From Octopus bimaculoides (lineage: Eukaryota), in NCBI RefSeq assembly GCF_001194135.2, contig NC_068983.1, positions 137,394,429-137,458,428 on the forward strand: DNA of 64,000 nt, written 5' to 3'. This document shows, in pieces, positions 1 through 14,200 of the stretch. Each line of letters starts with the position of its first letter. The stretch's first letter is position 1. Under the pieces are notes generated by a model. It did not search any database and was not told the origin of the DNA. It saw only the letters and a program-made list of their open reading frames with translations. The translations under genes were made by a program, and so were the position numbers.

Positions 1-2699
1 TGCATGTTAATTTCACAGAACAGCAGCATGGAAACTTGCTTGCAATTTTACATACTGAAGTAAGCAAGTCATGTAACTCATTTGGAACAATTCTAAAGCT
101 TCTACCTATGAACTATGGTTTGGGAAAAGACTATTGTTATTCATAGAACTATGGTCTTCTTAAATTGGATCTGAAGAAGAGCAATATTAATGTGCAAACT
201 TAGGAAGTTATTGTAGTTAAAAGTATCATAAAGAAAAATTTACTGAAAGCATTCATACATTTTGAAGAAAATCATTCAGTATGCAAAATTAAACCAAACA
301 AAAGGAAAGGAAACTTCATAGCAATAATCCCTGCAAACGTTCAGTATGTGACAACATTTATCCATCTATTGCTGGTCTTGTTAGCCACATGAAAGAACTA
401 TCATCTGTGACAAATCTCATTACAAACCAAAGACAAAAGACTGCTCATGTCTGCCAATCATTCAATAATGCTAGTAGACATAGGTCAAAAAACAATGTCA
501 CATGTCCTGATTATACAGTTGTAGTTAAATGAGAACGGAAAGTTTGTGATAGCTGTAGCAAACTTAATATGCTACCAGAAATAACAGCAGAATCTGGCAC
601 TTTGAGTGCCTTTAATGGAATCTTCTGTTACAAGTATTTGTGCCAGGTCTCCAGTATAAGTATACTTTTCTATTGCCCTTACCTTCCCTCTTAACTTAAA
701 AAAAAGAAAAAATATTGCATGTCATCTGCTTGGCTGTGAATTTTTTTCTCTACAGCCTAGTAACAAGCAATGGACTCAGTATTATTCCATAATTGGCATC
801 TTGAATTAATGTGTAAATGGCTGAGTGTTCCACTGACACTATCATTGATGTAATTTTCAGGCAGAATTTGTTTGATTGTGTGTCTGACAAGGTTGTGCCT
901 TCTGAATTAAAGCTTCAGTCCACCAAACTATAATACAGTTCCCATCAACCCAATTTTACTTATGAAGTATAGGTCAATCTGAAGCTTTAGAAAATGACTT
1001 TTGCCCAGGATGCCACACAGTGGGATCCAACCTTGAACCTTGTTGTTGTGAAGTGAATTTAACAATTCAGCAAGACTACATCTATATATCCACTTACATC
1101 AAAGCTGAAGAGAGTGGGTACAACCTAAATCAATATTCAAGTTGAGATGGTTGAATGGGCTAAGAATTTTTAGGAGTGTCTTAGAGTTGTAATGGATAAT
1201 TGTGTTTGTATTTTGTTTTTATTTATTGATTATTGTTTGTTTTGGTGCCCTTCTATTAATTGGAATCTAGGTTTGTCAATAAAAGTTTTGTTGTAACTTT
1301 GAGAAATTTAAGAGCAGATATTTGGTGTCATATGCTCAAGTAACTAAATAAATAAATTAGAAATTAAGTATAGTATATTTCAAGACTGGAGATAAATTAA
1401 GAAACAAGATTTAAAATATTAAATTCATTGTAATACTATTACAAATAATAATAACACTGATAATAGTATCATTACTACTATCGTTATCATTATAAGTGAC
1501 AGCATTCACAATCACATCATCATCGACAATAATAATGACCATAAAAATAATGCTTAATTGTTCCTAATTTAGGCACAAACCACCAATTTTGAGGGAAAGG
1601 ATGGTTATTCAATACCATTGATCCCAGAAGGATGAAAAGTAAAGTTGACTTGAGCAGGATTTGAACTCAGAACATAGGAGAGCTAGAAAAATACCACAAT
1701 GCATTGAACTCTAACAATATTCATCATCATAATAAAAGATACTAATAATGATGGTGATAGTAATGATAACAATAGCAGTACTAATAACTGTATCAAAGAT
1801 TGCTAAAAATTTGGTGAGGTTTCAATTTAAAACAACCCTAACACTTGACTGATATTTTACTGACTTTAAAGGTGCGCATAGCAAAGTTAATCCAAAGCAA
1901 CTTTCAAGCTCAGAACACAGGGTGTGGACAATTGTAGCACAGTAGCTTGACTGATGCTCCAATGATTCTATCACTTCACTACCCTGATGATAATAGTAAT
2001 ATTAACACAATCTATTACTTAAAAAAAAATTATTAATGTCAATGTCACCATCATTATATCCATGGAGGTGAATATTTTTGGAACAATAAGTAGCATTAGT
2101 AATCTTGATCTTAGTATTAAGAATATTTATAATAGAAGGAATCGGGTTGGAACCTGGTGCAGCTCCCTAGCTTACCAATTCTGTCAAACCATCCGACCCA
2201 TGCCAGCATGGAAAATGGATGTTGAATGATGATGATGAATAAATAGATAAAGGACTAAAGTAGTTGACAGTATAAAGATGGTGAAAGACAATAAAACCTT
2301 GTTATAAGAAATAAAAGGAATTAGCATGAAAAGGTATGCAGGAAAACTAAGATAATTGTGGGAAATAATCAGAAATGATTAAAATTGAGAACTGAATTAA
2401 ACGATAGGTATCCAGAATTCATTAGCAGTCAGGGTAGTTAATTGTTTTAAAATATCTCTACTTCTTAAGAACCTAATGCAGACATGAGGAAAAAGCTCAG
2501 AAATTTTCTTCAATAATGGTTACCTTTGCAAATAAGATCACCAAACTTTCGGCCATACAAAGGTTACAAGGTTCCTTGTTTCCAGAGTATGATTACACTC
2601 TATTCATGTATTTTCAGCTGAGTTGGAATGGTAGAGATTTGTTAAGTTCCCAGATATATGCAGTCCGTGATTGATTGTATTTACTGGGATTTCTAAAGA

Positions 2700-3540
2700 T
2701 GAATGCACATATCATTTTGTTTTAAAAGATTCAAATTCATACTGATATATGTTTTCAAGGTGGATTTTGTTTTCACATTGTGTTGGTAAACTGTGTGTGA
2801 AAGTCAACCAGGGACAAGCTGGGGTTGGAGCAGCTACATGGAATGCTAAACTTACTAGAATTGTTGTTGAGTTTAGAAATGTTAGACATGACAAGATTTT
2901 TTAGCAAAATTGTTGGTGGTTGAATAAGAGAACTTGATAATGTTTTTAAATATCTAGTAACATTTGTGTTGTGTATGAAAGTCTTCCTTGAGGAGTGTAA
3001 AGAAGCATCTATTAACTGGAGTTGGTGCTATTAAGTTGATGAGTGGGTTGTACTAATATTGGTATGTCTCCTGCATTTATTTGAGTAATGTTGGATATTA
3101 ACATTGGTAATTAATTCTCTCCTTAAAGCTATTTCTAGAAACAGCACCATTTAAGAAAAATGTAGGAGTCTAATGGAAATATTTTTTATCTCAATTACTA
3201 GTAATGTTCCTGATGTGGTTGGAATGTTTGGATATATTGAAATGATTTGTTTGGTTTAAGGTAAGGATAATATATAGAATATTGTCAGGTCTGAAGTGAC
3301 ATTGACAAAGTTAATATGTTAAATTAATTGTATGATGATTTGCCAGCCCAGATTCTCTTAAAAGAAAATATATGTTCTTTCTAAATTGGCTGGTTGCCTG
3401 TGGGTTGCTGTTATATAATCTCAAAGGCTCATCATCCCAATACAATTCACCTTTACAACTGAAGTGGTTCCTGAGGTTATGCAAAATATGTAGACTGATA
3501 ATATCACCTCTTCTGAATTGTTTACCCAACTCATATAGAT
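2700..3540 (-). mobile_element. Degraded Penelope-like retroelement fragment (RT C-terminal region)
   Basis: Interrupted minus-strand frames give pieces (NFVNVTSDLT, YPYLKPN, QYIQTFQPHQ) resembling the Penelope stretch NFLDVTLDL..YKPYRKPN..YINK.SNHPP. Recognised from memory; many stops; boundaries approximate. Confidence 0.5.
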
Positions 3541-6500
3541 GTGTGTGTGTATATATATATATGTTTAGTATTTTATATATGTATATGAATGTGTGTGTAG
3601 GTAGATAGTATCCATAGTATTGTAAGGTTAGAATTGGAAAATTGCTTGAAACTAGCTTTTTATTGAAACTTGTTTATTCCACCTGTATAAAAGAATCTTT
3701 TAAATTGTCTTTAAAAAAAATTCAAATATTGTAAATATGTACTCATTTCTAAATTATTAGATTTTTTAATTTTTGTTTTCTTTTGTTCTTTATTTAACTG
3801 CTATTTCGATAGTCATTGTGAACTTTCATATGTAATGCGGAGTCATCTGTGTTTTAGTTATCCATAAGTTTGTTGTGTAACATTATATAACAGACTGTGA
3901 TAACTATTCATATTGATAGTCAGGATGCTTCGAATTGGCATGTTCTAGTGTAAAAATTTTTGTTTTTTTTAATAGTTTTTCTTACTGCATAAAAAAAAAT
4001 TAGCATGAGATGTAATTTAATGAAACCTGTTAGACAAGATTTTTCACAGTCCCAAATTTTACACATATGCATTGCTGCTTGTTAATGTAGCACACTTGTG
4101 TGCACATAGATTGTTAGATTAGTTTATGAAACAATAGATATACAGCTTTTCTTTTTTTTCACCCCTTTCATTTGGAGTCAGATTGCCTGTACTGCAACTC
4201 TATTTACTCAATCCACTTAACTGTTGTATTAAATTGACAGATGTATGTGTATGCATGTGCTAGCTTCTTTTTCTTCTTTCTCTTGGTAATTAATAAGAAA
4301 TTTCATTTTTACCTTTATATGTTTATAACTTACCTCTATAAACTGATTTGTTTCTATTTTTCTGATCTACATTTCTGGATCATAGTCCTCACAAGCTATT
4401 AATATATATATATATAAATATATATAAAATTGATAATCAGATGTTAGCTACAAGACTCGTATATCTTTGCTTTTTTTGCATTAGATTAAGTAGACCTATA
4501 CAAGAAAATCCAAGTATATTCTGAACAAGATATTTTCTTGCTTTATGATGTCTTTATAACTTTTTTCTGGGTATTTTTTATAAATTTATTCTGGACCCCA
4601 AAATTTAACTTTTTTTCCACAAATGTGATAATTTTGTTTATAAGGTTTTAATTAGGTTTTTTTGTTGGAAGAAGGGACAGTAGCATTGTTATTTTACTTT
4701 TATTGCATTGGGTTTTTTTGTTTTAGTTTTATCTATTTATAATAATGATATAAAGCTTGGAATGATGGTTTGCAATTCTTCGTACAATGACATGGCTTAT
4801 TGATACTCTGAAATATTTTAGCAATTTTGGACTGTCATGAAATTGAGCAGGAAGCGAGAAAGACTTTTAAAAAAATGTGGTAAAAAAAAGTTTTTGCTGA
4901 AGTCAGGTCCTGAAAGATTAACAATGAACTGAGGAAAAAAAATAATTGTCCTTTAAGTATTATGACCTTAACAATCTACAGACTTTGTTTGAATCTGGTC
5001 AGTTTGCTTTTCTGAAAGGTATTCAGTTACATGTACAACTTCCAGAGCCTTTGTTTAGATTTTTTTTAATGTTTGCTTTTCTTTGTGAGAAAAGGAAAAC
5101 TTTCTTTGAGTACATAATGATTCATTAAAGAAAACTGCTTGTTAGCCAATCCTACATGTGATGCTGGTAATCATGGAGATTAAAAAAATTGCGATGTGGA
5201 GTTGGGCAGAGGTAAGTGTGTATGTGTGCATGTGTTTTCTTCAAATCTACTTCTAAAATTTACAAAATGATTCTTTACATCATTTGACAGTGATAAAAAT
5301 ACTTAATAGATTTTTTTTTCTGTATGCATGTGTCTTTTTTGGCTTTGTCTCTCATAAAAACAAAATGTGTCTGGTGTGGAGACTGCCTACTTCACAATAA
5401 TTACACAAGCGTCATATATTATGACACCGTTTTTGTTATTATATCATGTTGCTAAATCTCATTTTCTTTTTGTATTCTTTACACTGTTTTTCTTCTTTAC
5501 ATCATTAAATACGTTAATATTTGGTTAAAACTTTTTGCTCTTTGTGTCTTTCACCTTCCATTTTGTTTGTAGTTTGATTTAACCATCCCATTACCAACAA
5601 ATTTTTAACATTGGCATTTTAAGTGCCTCTGCTCCTGTCAAAGCTAGTGAAATTTATAAACTACCACCACTAGACCAGATGTTTCCAACTACTTTATCCT
5701 AGTAAATGTGATGTTATAGTCCACAGGTATGTCATGAGTTTTTGAGACAAGTTGGAGAATGCCTAGTTATTTAGAAAACGTGTTTCAACACAACAATGAG
5801 ACATGTATGTTCCATTGTGTCAAAAAGTACTGTGCTCACTTATCTCTGTTTTAATACTTGTTATTTAGAAAATATAATTTATATGCTGTTGGTGTGCCAT
5901 AATGCTTTCAATACCATATTCAGTATCCCATGTATCAAATAAAAGTTGAAAATCATTTCTCTAGACAATGAACAGGACTGGTGGATCATATGTCAGTATT
6001 CTTGGCTGCAGAATATCAAATGTGGTCCATCCAACTTCAAAAACAATTGTAGAAAGATGAAATATTGGAGAAGAAATGTCTTTGTTAAATATGCATAGTT
6101 CCTTGTCATTGTGTATCATCCCCTACATCTATCTCATACTCCAAGCATTTTTGTTCATGACATTTTGTTTTTCTTACTTTTCTTCCAATATTTCCTGTTA
6201 CTTATTTCTGTACCAGGTAATAGTTAAACATTGAAGTGTATCAAAATATGCATCATATAGAGTTTAGTATCAGCTTATATGGAGATTTAAGGTTTCTTTG
6301 CCTCAGATTACTAAGCTATTAGAGTACTTTTTCAAACAATATTCTTATGTTTATATTGCAAAGATGAATTGTCACACATTTCTAGATTTTCTCTTAACCC
6401 TTCAGCTAACCATTTCCTGCCCAAGTATTCTGTTTTATGTCCAAACAAGTCAAATGTGGCCTCTCACACTTACCTTACAATAATGTCATTCTAAAAGTAA

Positions 6501-7774
6501 ACAATCATGTCGTTGAAATTGCAAAGCTGCAATATAATGCATGATTTATTCAAAACAGTGTTAATAAATAAGCTTTATATTTAACAGAGTAATCTGAATG
6601 CTAAAGAGTTAATGACTAAACTTAGTTTCTCACATTCTTATTACTCCCTATCTTCAACTGTTGTAGTTAGCTTAGGACAGGATTACTAATTATCATCATT
6701 AACATGTGTTCCATGCTGGCATAGGTTAGATGGTTTGACAGGTTCAAGGACTGCATTATGCGCCACTGTCTGCTTTGGAATGCTTTCTACAACTAGATGC
6801 ACTTCTCATAAAATAAAAAGCATGATGTGAGTCAAAATGAATCACCAGCTGTAGAGAGGTGACAATTCACTCTCAACATGCTGTCAATGGAATTCTAGCT
6901 GTGTTTGCATTGTATTTCTTGGCATTTAGGAATTAGTAATCAACATTGTTCCCTTCAGTTAAGTGGAACTGCAACCTCACTGTAAAAGGAACAGAAGAAA
7001 TGAAAATTGTGAAGTAATTCCTGTAAGCAAGTAACCTTAGACTACAGTTTCACATAAGAGCCGCTTTTCTTTTAAACATAACTTTATCCCTCCTATTTTG
7101 ACTTGCATGACTAGGTTTCTTTTCCAAGATTCCATAAGTAGTTGTCCTTTCCATTTCCTCTGAGTCAGTAAAGATATTGTACAGAAATTACCATAACATT
7201 AAATTTTTTTTAAAATGACAAAGTGCAAAATACAGCATAGCAATCATGAATATCACCATTTTAATTTTCCTTATTTCATACCAGCATGTGTCAATTAGGT
7301 CTGAAGTACAGCGTATTTCTACATCATTATCTCTGTTGTGTCTTTTCTTCTGAGAAACTCAACATCTTGAGCTCTATGCTCACTATTTTTCGCATATCTT
7401 CCCCAAACTTTTACTTTCATAGGTACTCTCTATAATTGACAACAGGGAACATTTTCACCCAACATTTGTAGTCCATTTGTATTACCAAGACATTGTTTCC
7501 CCACATATATAATGTTAAACTGCTTAATATACTGGTGCATTTTATGCAGCTTCTCGTTACCCATTCAACAAATCCTGCCTCATTCCTCACCCACCTCCAC
7601 AAATCTTTGTTAGTATCTTACCAGTTAGAATCACACTTCTCAGATATACTTTGTATTGAATTTTTTTTTTCCACGAAGAGAGAAACTTGGTTGGCGACAG
7701 AACATTGAATTTCTCTAACTCTTACCTGTATCATACAATTATGCTTTCACTATTTCTACCTTCAGTACTGTTGG

Positions 7775-8039
7775 CAGTGACAGACTAAGTCTAAAAATAT
7801 TGGTTGCCAGGGGACTAAGGGGGCCCACCTGCAACTATAATGCTATCATTTAATTTTTTTCTGTTAAAAGTATTCTTTTCAACTGTCTACAAACACAGGG
7901 AGGCTGAAATAATTAATGCATTCTTCCGGGAGTGAATAAAAAAATTCTGAAACTTGAGGGGATGGGCCCCCATATATTCTAATGGCACAGGGGCCAACTT
8001 GCCATCGGGAAAGCTGGCAACCTGGCCTGTCCGCCACTG
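7775..8039. mobile_element. Non-autonomous hAT-type element (MITE) with 8-bp target-site duplication
   Basis: ACTGTTGG at 7767-7774 and again at 8040-8047. Termini are CAGTGACAGAC and GTCCGCCACTG, an imperfect TIR consistent with CpG decay. Confidence 0.8.
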
Positions 8040-8928
8040 ACTGTTGGATAATATGAGTAGCAAAAACTATCAACTATGTCTACTGAGCTCTGTGAGAAGT
8101 TCATGACTTCATTTCACATATACTTGTTTATATCTGAAATCCTGCCAGAGATATCACTGCATTTTTTTTTTTTTTTGTTATGTACCTACTACTTGCACAG
8201 CATCTAGCAGTTCACTTGCAATAGACTGGCATCATGTCCATGTCGGGAACCTATATGCCAATGAAATTGGGAAAGCAGCCCTTATGAGTCAGGCATGGCT
8301 CAAGAAAGAACAAACAAAAAAAGCAACTGCTTGCACAGAGTTTATAGTTTTGAGGTCCTAACTATATTTTTACATATCAAGCAAAGTCACCTTCATAGAT
8401 GTCTCTGAGATTGTATATTTCCCATTTGAAACAAGTATTTTGGTTGTTGTTATGTTATTTTTAGACCTTCAGACTCTAAACTATTCTTACAGCTTTGAAA
8501 TGATTTTCATGAATTCTTTGACATTTTCCTCATAAGAATTGAATCAGCACCATAGAAATGTTTTCAGGGTTAACCAATCCTAAACTTTTCTGTTAGCATT
8601 TCAAAAACTGTAACAATGTGCAATTAATTCTTCATTGAACCTGAACTCTGGTCAGAGTTTTTCTGATGTTAACTTCGTATGTGGAGGATACACAAAGTAT
8701 ATGTGAGCCAAGCAATATTTCTTGCATTAAAGTCTGAGATGTGCACAAAGACACTGTATAGAAAACCCATCATTGATTAGTAGATATTGATATAATGGAT
8801 ATGGTACATGATTCCAGTTTAATCAGCAACATACTTTCACAAAATATGATGGTGCAAGATGTACTGCAATTGTTTCACCACAGATAAGCATTCATCAAGC
8901 TGTGTTCAGTGACATTCCAACCTTGACC

Positions 8929-8935
<7 letters not shown>

Positions 8936-8982
<47 letters not shown>
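8936..8982. repeat. (TA)n microsatellite
   Basis: Direct reading. Confidence 0.95.
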
Positions 8983-8984
<2 letters not shown>

Positions 8985-11064
8985 AATACATTATCCTATG
9001 TGTCCCATTTTTTCAAGATGGTAGAGGAAGTTTTGTTGTTAGTTGAGTGACCATTCAGGATTTCAGTGCCCTGACATCTAAGCTGTCTGTAAAAAGCTGG
9101 TCATATTGGATCTATTGTAGTAGTAGTAGTAGTCAATACATTTGACCTAACTTTCCATTGGTGGTTATTTAATAATTTGGAGATGGTGATAATTGTTGAA
9201 GCAATGAACAACTGATTCTTTTGTTCCCTCCTTTCTTGATTTAGTGCTACCACAAACTCACCAATCTGAGAGCTGTACCTGGTTGTTAAAATGTGGCATT
9301 TTTACCAATCAATAAAGCTAGTCTTGTGATTCATCATTGGGTCAACATAGTTTCAGTCTTCTGAATAATTTTGACCAGTTACCACTTCAGTTATTTTCAT
9401 CAAAGTTAAAACTGCTTTACAAAGAAAGTATCTGCTCAAAACATCTATTTTTGGATTAATTTGAAAAAATTCCAGTTTCCAAATGTTTGTTATATTTTCA
9501 TGAAAGATTTTTGACAAATATATGACTTTTTAAAGGTAGTCTCTGATTAAACTGCTTGCAGTTTAAAAAAAAAAATTCTAAATTCAAAAAATAGGAGAAG
9601 CAATTGATTTTCATCTTGACACTGTTTTTATCTTTGTCATCTTTTTCTTTTTACCTCACTGCCAAGCACCAGCTCCACTGATTTGCCTTTTGACTACTAC
9701 CAGGATCAATAATTCTCTGTTAAAATATTCCACCTTGTATTTTTACATCTAGTTATCTTTTTCTGTCTTTCTCTCTCCCTTTTCTCTTACCTACCTGACT
9801 TCAGTTACTTTCAGCTGATATAAATATAGATAGCTGGGTCTGGATCCATACAAGTGTACTTCAATGAGAACATAAGTATATGGTTAGTTTCTTTGTAAGT
9901 GTGGTTACTGTCATGATTACAGTTATATTGTTGCAAGTTCTTATATGCATTTTTTACTGTTTGATTACTTTGTTGCTTATTGTTTTCTTCAATGACTCTG
10001 CCAGTATCACTACTACTACTTCAACTGTTAGTCGTTTTATATAATATGCCTAATATTAAGTATAGTTTCACTTAGCCAAAATTTTTGAGTATTTTGATTA
10101 AGCAGTGTTGCTTGATTGAGCATATTGTCTGATAAATTAATATTGAATGTTGCTAATAACAGATTACATATTGTTACTACCCATCATTGTCTGGACTAGA
10201 CAAACTTCACATGATATACAGATTTACTGTCAATCTCCTTATCTGTTTCAGTTACTCATTGCTTCCAATCATATACTTAATACTTCAAGAACTATACTGC
10301 TTGAAATTCTTCCCTTATGTTTCCCTCCAACCTTGAGCTTACATTAATTCTAATTGGACAACTGCTTGCAATACATTCTACTCAACTAAGACCTTTATAA
10401 TTTCACTGAAGATCTCTCCTGGTAAAAGTACATAGCTAGTACTACATCCTAACAACTGGCTCTTTTCAGAGCCAGAAGGTCCTTCATTTCCTGATAATTA
10501 TTGACATTCTAGCCCCACACTAATCACTACACTCAGATGAGGCTCACAAAGGAGCAATGCTCTCTCACATCTTGAATGGAATTGTTGTTGCACACACAGG
10601 CATCCTAGACTGAGTGGCATGAAGTTACGTACAGATGCACTCCGGCCTCTGGTCCACAGGGTCTTCTCAGAGCTGGCTAGGCTCTTGACACCTTCAGCCC
10701 AGTATTCCTGACCCACTTATCCTCTTCTCATCACTCTTGTTGTGTCCAACCTTCTAACCCCACACTAACCACTATACTTAATCATTCTTGCCCAACACAT
10801 TGACCTTTTAGAATTTCCTCCTTACCCATGTTTCCCACAAGTGTTATTTTGCAAAGTTTCAAGAGGAATGTCAATGGCATTTATCTCATATGTCTAGGTG
10901 GGCTTGTCAAAGCTATGGGTATTGCTCCTTCCCCTAGATCCAGTAATGAACATTGTTGTTCCTTAGATGAATAAATAATAAAAGCATGGGATCTACTTGC
11001 TTGTCTGAGATTGCTTGCTTTAGACCATTTATTTCTACTGATATTCTTTATGGGTCAATTCACT

Positions 11065-11275
11065 TTAAACCTTTAGCATTTAACCTGGCCATATCCGACC
11101 AAAATATTCTGTTCAAACTGGATAGATTGGATTTCTCACACCAACAATATCATTCTAAAAAATTATCAGTTACCTCTTCAGAATCTCAAAGCTACAAGAT
11201 AATGCATGATTAATTCAAAACAATGTGAATAAATAAGCATTACTTTTGACAAAAATATGTATGCTAAAGAGTTAA
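11065..11275. mobile_element. TTAA-flanked piggyBac-like MITE
   Basis: TTAA-ACCTTTAGCAT ... ATGCTAAAGAG-TTAA termini. Related copies at about 6480-6615 (partial), 46961-48401 (interrupted) and about 60594-60822 (reverse). Confidence 0.65.
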
Positions 11276-14200
11276 ACAGTGACACGCTATTGGTCTTGAA
11301 ATATATTAACTCTTCAGCTCGTATTTTATTCATTAGATCACTATAAATCCTTTCTTCCATTAACTTTTCTCATGTTTGTATTTTGATGCCACTACCTTCA
11401 AAGTAGTGGCATTAAAGGTAGTGGCTTTTCTCTTTGCACTTGCTTGTGTTACATACCTTTTAGCTATTTTACAGAAAATTAAATTTTCAGTAATTTTTCT
11501 TCCATCTTCCAATGAAATACAAAAGGAAAAGATTTTCTTTCAGGTAGGCAGGAGCTTTAAATCTGATTATGGATGGCAACAAATTTTGAAATTGTGGGTT
11601 TATGGTTTATGCATTACATAGTTTAATAAAACAAGTGCTTGATTTGCTAAAAAGTGAGGAAATGACTGAAGAATGTTTAATTCATTACTGACCCATGTTT
11701 GAAACTGGTCTACTCAAAATACGATTTTATATTGAAATATTAACTATGGCATACTGTGGATGCATAAGTAGACTGCATTGAACATTAATTTGTACAATAT
11801 TTTCATTTTTAAAATTACTTCACTAAATTACAGCAAAATGTTAATACCATATTTGTGTACAATATGCACTCATCTAATACATACATCTACATATGGAAAT
11901 GAAATTCTAGAAAAAACATCTCTCATATATAACATTCACTAACTAAGTATTTATGGAATAAGAGTATTTAGGCAAATTTATTATAATTGCAATATAAGAA
12001 TACATTGAAAAGTTCTTAAATGAAACAAAGCAAAATAAAGTGACCTTTGAACTATAGCCTTTTTATAACAACAAGGCTATAAAAAATGCACTTGTTAAGT
12101 CAACATTGTGCAAAATGTTGGTCTTTTCTAGAAAATTAACTTTTGATAATGACAGTATGCTTACATTTATGCACGTTCATAATCTTCAGTTTGTATAGTG
12201 GAATAATCATGACCATGTTGTCAGAAGAGAAAAGATTTTAAAATTCACACTCAAAGGATTAATACTTTTTCTATTATGCATTTTTCATTTTATTTTGTTG
12301 TTTTGTTTTTTGTTTTGTTTTGAACCAGACATTCAGGATCTTAATAAAGTCAAATACAGCATTTTGAAATTTCAGAGTACAAAATCATGTAATCTAAACC
12401 ACTCCATCTAGTATTTTGAATGTAATTTTGTGGGATATAAATTATTTTGATAACTATGTAGATAGCATCTGATAAAAATGAGTGTTTTATTGCTACCTAT
12501 TTTATTTCCTGATTACTTTCATATCAAGAACCAGGAACAAAATTTTACTGTGCTTAGTTGGATATTGATCAATATGATCTCTAAACTGGGTATACTTATG
12601 CAAAATATTTCACCATCATCATCATCGTTTAACGTCCACTTTCCATGCTGGCATGGGTTGGACGATTTGACTGAGGACTGGTGAAACCGGATGGCAACAC
12701 CAGGCTCCAATCTAAACTTTTAATATTCAATATATATTCACATAAAAACACCAGTAGATAATTTGCATGCACTTTGTGTTTATAATAAAAGGCTTTGATC
12801 TTTTGACCATATGTAAATCATTTGTTGCTTTTTGTGAATACTATTTGCATCATAGCTGCATTTAAATAATAGGCACATCTAGCTAAAATAATCCTAACTT
12901 TTGTCAATACAGTGTTAGAAAGTTCTGAGTAGCTTACAAATATTTCCCCAATTTCTCATATGGGAAGACAGTTTATGTTCTGGCATTTTCTTGAGTGTAT
13001 CTTTTTGTTTCCACTAGTGCCTCATTTTTTTGGCACACAAAAGTGTCACAGCTATACGGTTTCCATCCATGCTTTGCAGTATATTCAACTATATGCAGTT
13101 TAAACCCAGCCACATAACTTGATCTTTTGTCTTTATCCCTGTGGATTAGTTCTAGTCAGTTTTTCTTATTAAGGTATACAATGAAATTTTTTCAAAACTT
13201 CTGCCACCAAATCTGTGTCTATGCAGGAAAAATATTTTAACAGATTATAAACAGTATCAGCACAGATGCCTTTGTTTTGTAGCAAAATTAAATTTTCCAT
13301 AAACATATGCATTTATTTCTGTATGTTGCACCATCATCAACATGAATTTGTTAATTCCAATATTCATACAGACTATGTAGTGACGTGCTCAATGTGTGAT
13401 TGGGTGTGGTGATATTAGTTTATGCTGTGAATTTCAACCCCCAGAGCAAGGTACCAGAGATAAGTTGCAGGCAGTTTTCCATGCTCTTTATTTAAGTAAG
13501 AAATTGTGACTTACGAGCATGTGTGGTATGTTCACTGTCTTATTGTTGTGATTTAGACTCCTACATATCAATTAGTTGGAAAATATATATAACATGTATC
13601 CAGTCCTGCTGTTGGAATATGGTGACACTCATTGTGTCAGAGGAGGAAATGGGTAACATTTAGTTCTTGTGCATAGTGCACATTTGCAAATCTTCAGACT
13701 AAAATTTATGAACAAGTCCATATTGTACAAGATCAGATTTGTTAACTGGATTTGAAATTATCTGTACCTCTCACTTGGTGGATTAAGGCATTAAAAATTA
13801 CCTGGCCATGGTGTAATGTATTCCCAATGACAAAATATAATTTACTCATACACTGGTTGGTTATGTATTTGAGTGGAGACAGCTGGGTAAATCATTAAGA
13901 GTGAAAAGTTACAAATTTTCATTATCCATGTGTCCATTATTCTAACAAGTGTTTCACTTGATAATTTAAATATATTTCTTTAATCTCTAATTTGGGAATT
14001 TATCTCAACACTGTTGATTGCCCAACATGTTAGTTCCTCTGTTAATTTAGTAGAGTTTATTTTTCTGTTTTTACTCATTCAGTGTAGCATGAGTTTTTAA
14101 ATAAATATTTTATTTCATTCTTACAAATTCTATTATATCACACCACCTTTGAAATATCACAGAAAAGAAAAGGAGGGGAATGCATTTTCGCAAAAGAAAG

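Noticed and set aside
4755-4815. Possible C/D-box snoRNA (ATGATGG ... CTGA)
   Set aside because: Imperfect box C, no terminal stem, and no confident rRNA target.
3850-11600. Scattered + strand splice-like signals (for example GAG|GTAAGT near 5211, CAG|GTATGT near 5727, ATG|GTTAGT near 9882)
   Set aside because: I could not chain them into an open frame or recognisable protein; an upstream gene or lncRNA is possible but unsupported.
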